Assembly (NCBI GenBank): GCA_014332745.1
Contig: JACONL010000002.1
Coordinates: 18,371-82,370 of the forward strand
Reading direction: 5' to 3'
Length of the DNA stretch: 64,000 nucleotides
Origin: Alphaproteobacteria bacterium GM7ARS4
GTDB taxonomy: Bacteria; Pseudomonadota; Alphaproteobacteria; GM7ARS4
Shown here: one piece after another, positions 39,991-49,302 of the stretch
Layout: every line of letters begins with the position of its first letter
Position numbering within the stretch: the first letter of the stretch is position 1
Notes under the pieces: generated by a model
What the model was told of the DNA's origin: nothing
Databases searched by the model: none
Seen by the model: the letters and a program-made list of their open reading frames with translations, nothing else
Translations under genes and position numbers: made by a program

Positions 39991-40482
39991 ATGATGAAGG
40001 TTACGATCGACGACATAGAGCGAGCATATGTGAAGAGTTTAGAGGATGGTCGCGCCAGCGAGGGGATTAAGCTTGGCAAGCGTTCGATGGACTTCAGGGC
40101 TGGCGACAGCGTGAAGGTTCATGTGCGTATCGTTGAAGGCGAGCGGCGGCGTCTTCAGGTTTTTGAGGGTGTCTGCATCGCATGTCGTCATCGGGGTCTT
40201 CACTCTTCTTTTACGGTGCGTAAAATATCCTATAGTGAGGGGATGGAGCGTGTGTTTCCTCTTTATTCACCCAATGTTGCCAAGATAGAGGTTGTGCGGC
40301 GTGGTGATGTGCGCCGTGCGAAGTTGCACTATTTGCGTGGCCTCAGAGGGAAAAAGGCGCGTATTAAAGGCAAGATTGACGTTCAAAAAGAGATGTCAGG
40401 GGCGGATATGGATGTGACATCCTCTACTGAGGATGTGCCGTCTCCTGTGGGTGACGAGGGCGTCAAGGACAGCGTGTCTTAG
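39991..40482 (+). CDS. rplS: 50S ribosomal protein L19
   Basis: [30 protein letters not shown]...[21 protein letters not shown]...[25 protein letters not shown]. Confidence 0.9.
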   Translation: MMKVTIDDIERAYVKSLEDGRASEGIKLGKRSMDFRAGDSVKVHVRIVEGERRRLQVFEGVCIACRHRGLHSSFTVRKISYSEGMERVFPLYSPNVAKIEVVRRGDVRRAKLHYLRGLRGKKARIKGKIDVQKEMSGADMDVTSSTEDVPSPVGDEGVKDSVS

Positions 40483-40494
40483 GGGAGGCCGCGC

Positions 40495-41901
40495 ATGGCG
40501 GGACAGACGTTATTCCACAAGATATGGCAACAGCATGTCGTAGAGCATGGGCGTGATGGCGTTGACTTGCTCTATATTGATAGGCATTTAGTCCATGAGG
40601 TTACGAGTCCGCAAGCCTTTTCTGGATTGCGGGAGAGTGGGCGTGTTGTGCGGCGTCCTGATGCCACATTGGCGGTGTGTGACCATGCTGTGCCGACGCG
40701 TGAGGGGCGTGAGAAGCATATTGACGATGCGTGTGCGCGCCGACAAGTCGAGGCGCTTCGAGCCAATTGCGCGCAATTTGGTATCACGTATTTTGGTGTC
40801 GATGACATTCGTCAGGGCATTGTGCATGTCATAGGGCCTGAGCAAGGCTTCACCCAACCTGGCATGACGATCGTGTGTGGCGATTCGCACACATCGACCC
40901 ATGGCGCTTTTGGCGCGTTAGCCTTTGGCATTGGCACGTCGGAAGTAGAGCATGTCTTGGCGACTCAGACATTGCGTCAGCGTTGCCCGCAGAGCATGAA
41001 GGTGACGCTGTCGGGACATTTGCGTCCTCATGTGACGGCAAAGGATATGATTTTGGCGGTTATTGGCGCGATTGGCACGGCTGGCGGGACGGGGTATGTC
41101 ATTGAGTATGGGGGTGATGCGGTGACATCGCTGTCGTTGGAGGGGCGTATGAGCATGTGCAATATGTCCATAGAGGCTGGTGCGCGCGCAGGCCTCGTTG
41201 CTGTGGACGAGAAGACGATAGATTGGCTGAAGGGGCGTCCGCAAGCGCCTCGTGGGCAGGATTGGCATGATGCTGTGCGCCTATGGCGGCAGATGCGCAG
41301 TGATGAGGATTCGTCCTATGACCATTCTGTCTCTATCGATGTGGCGACATTAGCGCCTCAAGTGACATGGGGGACGAGTCCCCAAGATGTCGTTGATGTG
41401 GATGGCGTCATTCCCGACCCAAAGAATGAACGTGATGTTGCCCGTCGTCTCTCGATGGAGCAGGCGTTATCGTATATGGGGCTTAAACCGTCGATGAAGA
41501 TGACGGATATTCCGGTGGAGAGGGTTTTTATCGGTTCATGCACCAATGGTCGCCTCGAGGATTTACGGGCGGCGGCATCCATTGTGAAAGGGCATAAGGT
41601 GAAAGATGGCGTGAAGGCGATGGTTGTGCCGGGGTCTGGCCTTGTTCGTTGTTTGGCGGAAGAAGAAGGCATCGACCGCATTTTTAAGGAGGCGGGCTTC
41701 GAGTGGCGTCTGGCGGGATGTTCCATGTGTTTAGCGATGAATGACGATAAGTTGTCGCCTCATGAACGTTGCCTGTCCACGTCCAATCGTAATTTTGAAG
41801 GCAGGCAGGGACGACAAGGGCGCACTCACCTTGCCAATCCAGCGATGGCGGCGGCGGCGGCGATTACGGGGCATATCACCGATGTGCGGGACTTCGTCTG
41901 A
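40495..41901 (+). CDS. leuC: 3-isopropylmalate dehydratase large subunit
   Basis: 468 aa; [12 protein letters not shown], aconitase-family Cys ligands (GSCTNGR). Confidence 0.95.
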   Translation: MAGQTLFHKIWQQHVVEHGRDGVDLLYIDRHLVHEVTSPQAFSGLRESGRVVRRPDATLAVCDHAVPTREGREKHIDDACARRQVEALRANCAQFGITYFGVDDIRQGIVHVIGPEQGFTQPGMTIVCGDSHTSTHGAFGALAFGIGTSEVEHVLATQTLRQRCPQSMKVTLSGHLRPHVTAKDMILAVIGAIGTAGGTGYVIEYGGDAVTSLSLEGRMSMCNMSIEAGARAGLVAVDEKTIDWLKGRPQAPRGQDWHDAVRLWRQMRSDEDSSYDHSVSIDVATLAPQVTWGTSPQDVVDVDGVIPDPKNERDVARRLSMEQALSYMGLKPSMKMTDIPVERVFIGSCTNGRLEDLRAAASIVKGHKVKDGVKAMVVPGSGLVRCLAEEEGIDRIFKEAGFEWRLAGCSMCLAMNDDKLSPHERCLSTSNRNFEGRQGRQGRTHLANPAMAAAAAITGHITDVRDFV

Positions 41902-42545
41902 TGGAGGCTTTTCGCGTCATCGAGGGAGTCGCCGCCCCCTTTATGCGGGAGAATGTGGATACTGATATGATTATCCCGAAGCAATTTTTGACGACCATCA
42001 CCCGCACGGGATTGGGGAAGGGATTGTTCTATGATGTGCGCTATGAAGCGCAACAGCAAGGCTCTGTCTTTGTCTTAGATGAGCCACGTTACAAGGATGC
42101 GTGTATCTTGGTGACGGGGGCGAATTTTGGGTGCGGTTCGTCCCGTGAGCATGCCCCATGGGCGTTGCTTGATGCTGGCTATCGTTGCATCATTGCTCCT
42201 AGCTTTGCCGATATTTTCTATAATAATTGCTTTAAGAATGGCATGCTCCCTGTGGCGTTGGCAAAAGAGGATGTGGCGTCGGTTGCGTCCTATGTGACAT
42301 CAACGGAACATCCCGTCATCACGGTGGATTTACCGCAACAGCGTCTCACCTTAAAGGCGCGTGGCGAGTCCTACCCTTTCTCTGTGGATGAGGGACGTAA
42401 GCATGGGTTATTGGAAGGATTGGACGATATTGCCCTCACCATGCGCGCTGGTGATGCCATCGATGCTTTTGAAGAGAAGGACAGACAGGAAAGACCTTGG
42501 CTGTGGTCGCCTCAGCAATCCCCGAAAAGGTCTGTGGCGTTGTAA
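41901..42545 (+). CDS. leuD: 3-isopropylmalate dehydratase small subunit
   Basis: 214 aa; [31 protein letters not shown]. Confidence 0.93.
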   Translation: MEAFRVIEGVAAPFMRENVDTDMIIPKQFLTTITRTGLGKGLFYDVRYEAQQQGSVFVLDEPRYKDACILVTGANFGCGSSREHAPWALLDAGYRCIIAPSFADIFYNNCFKNGMLPVALAKEDVASVASYVTSTEHPVITVDLPQQRLTLKARGESYPFSVDEGRKHGLLEGLDDIALTMRAGDAIDAFEEKDRQERPWLWSPQQSPKRSVAL

Positions 42546-43672
42546 TGGAGGGGCGCATTTTGCTTTTGGCAGGGGACGGCATCGGTCCTGACGTTGTGGC
42601 GGAAGCTGTGAAAGTCCTTGAGTGTGTCAATGCATGCGGGCGGCGGCGCTATCAGACGAGCGAGGACTATGTGGGCGGGGCTGCCTATGATGTCTATGGT
42701 GTGCCGTTGCATGACGACACAATGGCGAAGGCGAAAGCCCATGACGGCGTCTTATTGGGGGCTGTTGGTGGTGAGACGTGGGAGTCTCTTCCCTTTTCGC
42801 TACGTCCTGAGCGTGGTCTCTTGGCGTTGCGTAAGGGTCTTGGGTTGTTTGCCAATGTGCGTCCGGCCATTGTGTTCGAGCCTTTGCTCCATGCGTCGAG
42901 CCTCAAGCCAGATATTGTGAAAGGTTTGGATATTGTCATCATACGGGAATTGACAGGCGGTCTTTATTTTGGTGAGCCAAGGGGCATTCAGCGGGATAAG
43001 GACGGGCAACGTGTTGGTGTCAATACCCTTGTGTATCACGAGCATGAGATACGGCGTCTTGCTCGTGTTGGTTTTGAGATGGCGCGTCTTAGACAGAAGA
43101 AAGTCTGTTCCATCGATAAGGCGAATGTCTTAGAGGCGACGGGACTATGGCGAGAGGTTGTCTCCGCTCTTCAAGAACAGGAATATCCAGACATTGCTCT
43201 CACCCATATGTATGTGGATAACGCCGCGATGCAGCTTGTGCGTTGCCCTTCCCAGTTCGATGTGCTCATCACGACAAATATGTTTGGGGACATCCTATCG
43301 GACGAGGCGTCTATGTTGACGGGGTCTTTGGGGATGTTGCCATCGGCCTCTGTGGGTGATGTCTCTTCAGACGGCAGGCGTCATGGCCTTTATGAACCAG
43401 TGCATGGCTCAGCGCCAGACATTGCTGGTCAAGGGATTGCCAATCCCTTGGCGACGATTTTGAGTTTAGCGCTCATGTTGCGTTCCTCTTTTCTTGATAA
43501 CGATGCGGCGCATGCCATCGAGGATGCCGTCGTGCGGGTTTTGCGCGCTGGCTATCGCACGAGGGATATTGCGCCGACGGGTGGCGATGACGCCCAAGGC
43601 GTGACGGTCGTCTCGACTCAGGCGATGGGAAGCCATGTGGCGCACTCTGTGCGTGAGCATTGGCATGCGTAA
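42545..43672 (+). CDS. leuB: 3-isopropylmalate dehydrogenase
   Basis: [38 protein letters not shown]; ATG overlaps leuD TAA (TAATG). Confidence 0.93.
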   Translation: MEGRILLLAGDGIGPDVVAEAVKVLECVNACGRRRYQTSEDYVGGAAYDVYGVPLHDDTMAKAKAHDGVLLGAVGGETWESLPFSLRPERGLLALRKGLGLFANVRPAIVFEPLLHASSLKPDIVKGLDIVIIRELTGGLYFGEPRGIQRDKDGQRVGVNTLVYHEHEIRRLARVGFEMARLRQKKVCSIDKANVLEATGLWREVVSALQEQEYPDIALTHMYVDNAAMQLVRCPSQFDVLITTNMFGDILSDEASMLTGSLGMLPSASVGDVSSDGRRHGLYEPVHGSAPDIAGQGIANPLATILSLALMLRSSFLDNDAAHAIEDAVVRVLRAGYRTRDIAPTGGDDAQGVTVVSTQAMGSHVAHSVREHWHA

Positions 43673-43741
43673 CAAAAGTGAGACACGAGGGCGACAAAAC
43701 GCTTTGCGGGGCTTTTTGCGGGGCTTTTTGTGAGGTTTATG

Positions 43742-44770
43742 ATGGCACAGGACTATACCATTGCTGTTGTGGGCGCTACTGGCGTCATTGGACGGGAGAT
43801 GATAGGGATTCTTGCCGAGAGGCGTTTCCCCGTGAAGCAGTTGCATGCTCTTGCGTCCGAACGTTCAGCAGGGGAGAGGCTCACGTATGGGAGGACGGGC
43901 AGTGTTTCTGTTGGCGTCCTCAAGGATTATGATTTTCGCGATTGTGATATTGTCTTAGCGTCCGCTGGTGGCGCTGTTGCCGCCGCTATGGCTGAGCGCG
44001 CCACAGAGCACGGCGCCATTCTCATCGATAATTCTTCCCATTTTCGCATGGACGAGGATGTGCCTCTTGTGATTCCAGAGGTCAATGCTGAGGCGTTGGC
44101 GTCCTACGAGAGAAAACGGATGATCGCTAATCCCAATTGTTCGACGATTCAGATGCTTGTGGCGCTGAAGCCTTTGCATGACATGTGGCGGATACGCGAC
44201 ATTGTTGTGGCAACCTATCAGTCCACGTCTGGAGCGGGTCGGGAAGCGATGGACGAATTATGGGAACAGAACTGCGCCCTTTTTAATAACAAAGAGATTG
44301 TCTGTGAAGCCTTTCCTCGACAAATTGCCTTTAATACGATACCGTCCATCGATATATTCCTCGATGATGGGGCGTGCCGAGAAGAGTGGAAGATGTGCGT
44401 TGAGACTCGTAAGATATTGGGGGATGACTCCATCGGTGTGTTGGCGAGCTGTGTGCGTGTTCCTACGCTCATAGGGCATGGCGAGGCCGTCCATGTGACG
44501 TTCGAGGAGAAGGTTGATGTCCATAAGGCGCGGGTTGCGCTGGCACAAGCTGACGGCGTCACCGTTGTTGATGACGCGCAAGAGACAGGACGCTCCTTCA
44601 TCACGCCCTTAGAGTGTGTGGGCGACGATGACGTCTATGTGAGTCGCCTTCGTGGCGACCCTCACCACTCGAGGCGTCTGGCGTTATGGGTTGTTGCCGA
44701 CAATGTGCGTAAGGGAGGCGCGCTCAATGCCGTGCAAATTGCTGAGCATATGATACGCGACTATCTTTGA
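43742..44770 (+). CDS. asd: aspartate-semialdehyde dehydrogenase
   Basis: IAVVGATGVIGREM, active-site NCSTIQM. Confidence 0.92.
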   Translation: MAQDYTIAVVGATGVIGREMIGILAERRFPVKQLHALASERSAGERLTYGRTGSVSVGVLKDYDFRDCDIVLASAGGAVAAAMAERATEHGAILIDNSSHFRMDEDVPLVIPEVNAEALASYERKRMIANPNCSTIQMLVALKPLHDMWRIRDIVVATYQSTSGAGREAMDELWEQNCALFNNKEIVCEAFPRQIAFNTIPSIDIFLDDGACREEWKMCVETRKILGDDSIGVLASCVRVPTLIGHGEAVHVTFEEKVDVHKARVALAQADGVTVVDDAQETGRSFITPLECVGDDDVYVSRLRGDPHHSRRLALWVVADNVRKGGALNAVQIAEHMIRDYL

Positions 44771-44776
44771 GAGACC

Positions 44777-45847
44777 ATGACAGGAAAAAATTTCATCAGT
44801 CGCTATTTTGAGGATTATGACGTGGGCATGAAGATTGTTCATCCCTTGCCGCGCATGGTGACAGAGGGGGATAGGGCGCTCTATATTGCGCTGACAGGGT
44901 CGCGCTTTCCTCTCCATTGTAGCGACCCTTACGCCCAAGCCTTAGGCTATCCTCGTGCGCCCTTAGAGGATATGCTCGTCTTTCACATGGTGTTTGGCAG
45001 GACGGTGCCCGACCTCTCTTTGAATGCTGTGGCGAATCTTGGTTATGCTGGCTGTCGTTTTGGCGTGCCAGTCTATGTAGGTGATACGCTCTATGCCGAC
45101 TCCGTCATCACAGGGGTGCGGGAAAATTCCAATGGGGTGACAGGGACCGTCTATGTCCACTCAAGGGGATGGAATCAGAAGGGGGAGACCGTGTTAGAAT
45201 ATGACCGCTGGCTCATGATGCGTCGACGGGATAAGAGCGCGGGGAAGGCATCGCCATCGACAACACATGTCCCCACGCTCCCATCCCACCTGTCGGAACA
45301 AGAGCTCTATATTCCGCCTTTTTTCAGGCGAGAGGGTGTCGATTCGACTCTTGTTGGCACGGATGCATGGTGGGATGATTATGACATAGGTGAAGAATGC
45401 CACCATATCGATGGGATGACGATAGAGGAGGCAGAACACCAAATGGCGACACGCCTCTACCAAAATAATGCCCGTGTTCACTTTAACCAACATCAGGAAA
45501 AGGATAATCGTTTCGGTAGACGTATTATTTATGGCGGGCATATTCTGTCTCTTGCGCGCGCGCTCAGCGCCAATGGCTTTGCCCATGCGGTGCGTCTTGC
45601 CGCCATTCATGGCGGTAGCCACAGAGCCCCTAGTTTTGCTGGTGATACCCTCTATGCTTGGTCAAAAGTCATCGATAAAAAGACCATTGAGGGGTGTGAG
45701 ACTCTCGCCGCCATGCGCGTGCGCACCATTGCCGCGAAAGATGACGACGTTATGACGTTCCCTGACCCACAGGATAAACAGGCGTGGCGTTCGTCCCTTG
45801 TCTTGGATGTGGATTACACCTTGCTTCTTCCTCGCCGTGGTGCATAA
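44777..45847 (+). CDS. MaoC-like (R)-specific hydratase, double hot-dog fold (mesaconyl-CoA hydratase-like)
   Basis: 356 aa with two MaoC-like halves; length/architecture like Mch; substrate not assignable from sequence. Confidence 0.65.
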   Translation: MTGKNFISRYFEDYDVGMKIVHPLPRMVTEGDRALYIALTGSRFPLHCSDPYAQALGYPRAPLEDMLVFHMVFGRTVPDLSLNAVANLGYAGCRFGVPVYVGDTLYADSVITGVRENSNGVTGTVYVHSRGWNQKGETVLEYDRWLMMRRRDKSAGKASPSTTHVPTLPSHLSEQELYIPPFFRREGVDSTLVGTDAWWDDYDIGEECHHIDGMTIEEAEHQMATRLYQNNARVHFNQHQEKDNRFGRRIIYGGHILSLARALSANGFAHAVRLAAIHGGSHRAPSFAGDTLYAWSKVIDKKTIEGCETLAAMRVRTIAAKDDDVMTFPDPQDKQAWRSSLVLDVDYTLLLPRRGA

Positions 45848-45853
45848 AAAGAC

Positions 45854-45882
45854 GTGACATTGATGATATTTCTCCCTATAAT
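45854..45882 (+). promoter_or_regulatory. candidate sigma70 promoter for sdhCDAB (GTGACA-17 nt-TATAAT)
   Basis: Sequence gtgaca ttgatgatatttctccc tataat about 50 nt upstream of sdhC start. Confidence 0.35.
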
Positions 45883-45933
45883 CTACCTCAGGTTCATGCA
45901 TGGTGGGCATGCGTTTCATCGAGAGGGTACAAG

Positions 45934-46347
45934 ATGACGACTCCAAGACGTGTTCTTTCTCCCCATATACAGATTTATCGTCCGCAACTGACGTCTGTCT
46001 TATCCATCACCCATCGGGCGACAGGTATCATCTTGTTGTGCGCCTATCCCTTTGCTGTTGCCTGTTTAGCGTCTTTGGCATGGGGGCAGGGGGAGCTCTT
46101 TCTTGTTCCCTATATGTTTTTGGACTCGAGCATGTGGGGACGTGTCTTGTTGTTTTTTATTGCCTTTGATATTCTCTTCAGCCTTTTTTTCCATCTCTTG
46201 AATGGGATTCGTCATCTTATGTGGGATATGGGGTGGGGCTTGTCTTTAGGCGTTGCGACACTCTCTGGGTGGTGTGTTGTTGTGGCGACGATGGTATTGA
46301 CGGTCGTTGCTATGCGTGGTGTCGTCCTTGCCTATCATGCTGTCTAG
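45934..46347 (+). CDS. sdhC: succinate dehydrogenase cytochrome b556 subunit
   Basis: RVLSPHIQIYRPQLTSVLSITHRATG heme-ligand His region, 3 TM. Confidence 0.85.
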   Translation: MTTPRRVLSPHIQIYRPQLTSVLSITHRATGIILLCAYPFAVACLASLAWGQGELFLVPYMFLDSSMWGRVLLFFIAFDILFSLFFHLLNGIRHLMWDMGWGLSLGVATLSGWCVVVATMVLTVVAMRGVVLAYHAV

Positions 46348-46356
46348 GAGAGCGCG

Positions 46357-46740
46357 ATGATGACGGAGATAAGAAAAGCTCCTGCTGTGGAGAGTGGTGT
46401 CGTCCATTGGTGGTATCAACGGATGACGGCTGTTATGTTGGTCGTCTTAAGTGCATGGTTGGCATGGTCGTTTTTTATGATGGGGTCTCTGCCTCTTGAT
46501 GGGCGTTCTATGACAGAATATATGCGGGCATGGGTGAGTGATGGCGTCCATGGCGTGTTATTGGGTCTTTTGATGTTGTTGATCGCATGGCATGGGTATT
46601 TAGGGGGTTGTGTCGTCATCGATGATTATGTGCGTGTGCCATGGGTTCATCGTGCGTGGCATGTGGGGCTTGGTCTTGTTTGTGGTGTGTGTGCGGTGAC
46701 GTCTGTTCTCTCTGTTATGTCTTTGGTGTGGTTGTCATGA
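46357..46740 (+). CDS. sdhD: succinate dehydrogenase hydrophobic membrane anchor
   Basis: HWWYQRMTAV, HGYLGGCVVIDDYV motifs; stop overlaps sdhA ATG (ATGA). Confidence 0.85.
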   Translation: MMTEIRKAPAVESGVVHWWYQRMTAVMLVVLSAWLAWSFFMMGSLPLDGRSMTEYMRAWVSDGVHGVLLGLLMLLIAWHGYLGGCVVIDDYVRVPWVHRAWHVGLGLVCGVCAVTSVLSVMSLVWLS

Positions 46741-48394
46741 CGGCCTATGACGTTCAAGAACATCACTATGATGTCATCATTGTTGGCGCTGGGGGTTCAG
46801 GGCTCAGGGCGGGTTTAGGGGCCAGTGAGGCGGGGCTCAAGGTTGCATGTATGACCAAGATGCCATCGCCTTTATGTGCGAACAAGCGCCGCGCGCTGTC
46901 TTTGAGTTAGAGCATTATGGCGTTCCCTTTTCACGCACTGAGGATGGGAAGATTTATCAGCGTCCCTTTGGTGGCATGACGACACATTTCGGTCAAGGGA
47001 CGGCGCAACGCACATGTGCGGCGGCTGACCGTACTGGTCATGCGATCATTCATACGTTGTATCAGCAATCGTTGCGTCACAGCACGGATTTTTTCATTGA
47101 GTATTTTGTCCTTGACCTATTGATGGATGGTGAGGGCGCATGTGTGGGCGTGTTAGCGTGGTGTTTAGAGGACGGCTCTCTGCATGTGTTTCGTTCCCAT
47201 CAGGTTATTTTGGCAACGGGAGGGTATGGGAGGACATATTTTGCGTGTACCTCTGCCCATAGTTGCACGGGGGACGGCGGCGGCATGGTATTACGGGCGG
47301 GGCTTGTGTTGCAGGATATGGAATTTATCCAATTTCATCCCACTGGCATTTATGGGGTAGGCGTGTTGATAACGGAGGGCGCTCGGGGAGAGGGGGGGTA
47401 TCTCACCAATGCTGTGAATGAGCGTTTTATGCCGCGCTATGCGCCCCATGCCAAAGATTTAGCGTCTCGCGATGTCGTCTCGCGCTCGATAACAACGGAA
47501 GTCATGGAGGGACGGGGCTGTGGTGAGCGCAAAGACCATGCGTTGTTGCATTTACACCATCTCTCGCCAAAGGTGATAGAGGAGCGCCTGCCGGGCATTC
47601 GTGAGTCGTCGCGTATCTTTGCCAATGTGGACATTACGAAACACCCCATTCCCGTCATTCCCACGGTGCATTATAACATGGGGGGAATCCCTACCACGCT
47701 CCATGGGCAAGTCGTGACGACAGATGGCAAGGGCGGGGTGCGTGTGGTGGAGGGGCTGATGGCGGTGGGCGAAGCCGCATGCGTCTCGGTGCATGGAGCA
47801 AATCGTTTAGGCTCTAACTCTCTCCTTGATTTGATTGTGTTTGGACGTTCTGCCGCCAAGCATTGTGCCGACACGGTGACGCCGGGACAGAAACACAAGG
47901 CATTGGCAAAAGCCTCTATTGATAAGTCTATGGCGTATTTCGATAAGAGGCGACATGCGAAGGGTGATAGGATGACAGCATCCATGCGCCTCGAGATGCA
48001 ACATATCATGCAACGTCATTGTCCTGTCTATCGAAGCGCTGATGTGATGGAGGAGGGATGGAAAAAACTTCAGGCGCTGTACAAGAGCCGTGAGTCCCTC
48101 AGTGTGACCGACAGGTCGCTCATATGGAATTCGGATCTCGTGGAGACGCTGGAATATGATAACCTTATGGCGCAATCTATGGTGAGTCTTGCTGCTGCTT
48201 TGAACAGGAAGGAGAGTCGAGGCGCTCACGCCCGTCAAGATTTTCCCGACAGAGATGACACTCATTGGATGAAGCACAGTTTGCTTGCTCTTGATGAGAA
48301 AAAAGCCCATGTGGATATTTCTTATCGTCAGGTGACGACTGAGACAGGGATGAAAGGCGTGCCGTCTATCCCGCCAGTCGAGCGGGTGTATTAG
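46737..48394 (+). pseudogene. sdhA: succinate dehydrogenase flavoprotein subunit, disrupted: internal deletion/frameshift after residue about 41 removing the covalent-FAD His region
   Basis: Frame 1 46737-46910: [41 protein letters not shown] then out-of-frame tail [16 protein letters not shown]; frame 2 from 46847: [43 protein letters not shown]... continues as full SdhA to 48394; VFPTRSHTVAAQGG segment absent. Confidence 0.7.
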
Positions 48395-48420
48395 CGACAG
48401 ACAGCCTCAGGAGACAGCTT

Positions 48421-49221
48421 ATGGTTCAATTACGCTTACCGCCCCATGCGCGGGTGAAAAAAGGAAAAGAGTGGACATCCCAAGGCGCATCACCGCCACA
48501 GCATGCATGCGTTGTGTCTGTCTATCGTTACGACCCCGACAAGGAGGAGTCGCCTCGCCTTGACCGCTATACCATCGATAGGGATGATTGTGGCCCTATG
48601 GTGTTGGATGCCCTTATCAAGATTAAAAACGAGATAGACCCTAGCCTCACATTTCGCCGCTCTTGTCGAGAGGGTATTTGCGGTTCATGCGCCATGAACA
48701 TCGATGGCACGAACACGCTTGCATGCCTTAAGCCTTTGGATGACATAGACAATGTTGTGTCTGTCTATCCTCTTCCCCACATGCCTGTCATAAAAGACCT
48801 TGTCCCTGACATGACAGAATTTTATCGTCAATATGCCTCTATCGAGCCATGGCTGAAAAATGATACGCTCCCTGAGGATGGGCGCGAACGCCGACAAACG
48901 CCAGAGGCTCATGCGGCGATGGAGGGGAGCTATGAATGCGTCTTATGCGCATGCTGTTCCACCGCATGCCCGTCTTATTGGTGGAATGGCGATAAATTTC
49001 TGGGTCCCGCCATTTTACTACAGGCATACCGATTCATTGCCGATAGCAGAGATACGGCTTTGATAGAGAGGTTGCAATCTTTGGATGATAGATTTAAGCT
49101 CTATCGCTGTCATACCATCATGAATTGCACGAAAACATGTCCCAAGCATCTCAATCCCGCTCAGGCTATCGCCGCCATCAAGAAACGTATCGCCCAGCAC
49201 AAGATTGCTCGAAGAGGATAA
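48421..49221 (+). CDS. sdhB: succinate dehydrogenase iron-sulfur subunit
   Basis: [39 protein letters not shown] cluster motifs. Confidence 0.93.
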   Translation: MVQLRLPPHARVKKGKEWTSQGASPPQHACVVSVYRYDPDKEESPRLDRYTIDRDDCGPMVLDALIKIKNEIDPSLTFRRSCREGICGSCAMNIDGTNTLACLKPLDDIDNVVSVYPLPHMPVIKDLVPDMTEFYRQYASIEPWLKNDTLPEDGRERRQTPEAHAAMEGSYECVLCACCSTACPSYWWNGDKFLGPAILLQAYRFIADSRDTALIERLQSLDDRFKLYRCHTIMNCTKTCPKHLNPAQAIAAIKKRIAQHKIARRG

Positions 49222-49302
49222 ACGGGCAAGACGCTCACATCCTCACGGCATGCATGGGAGCTTGTGGGGGGGGAAGATGTGTGCGGGACGGCGCTATGGT
49301 GG

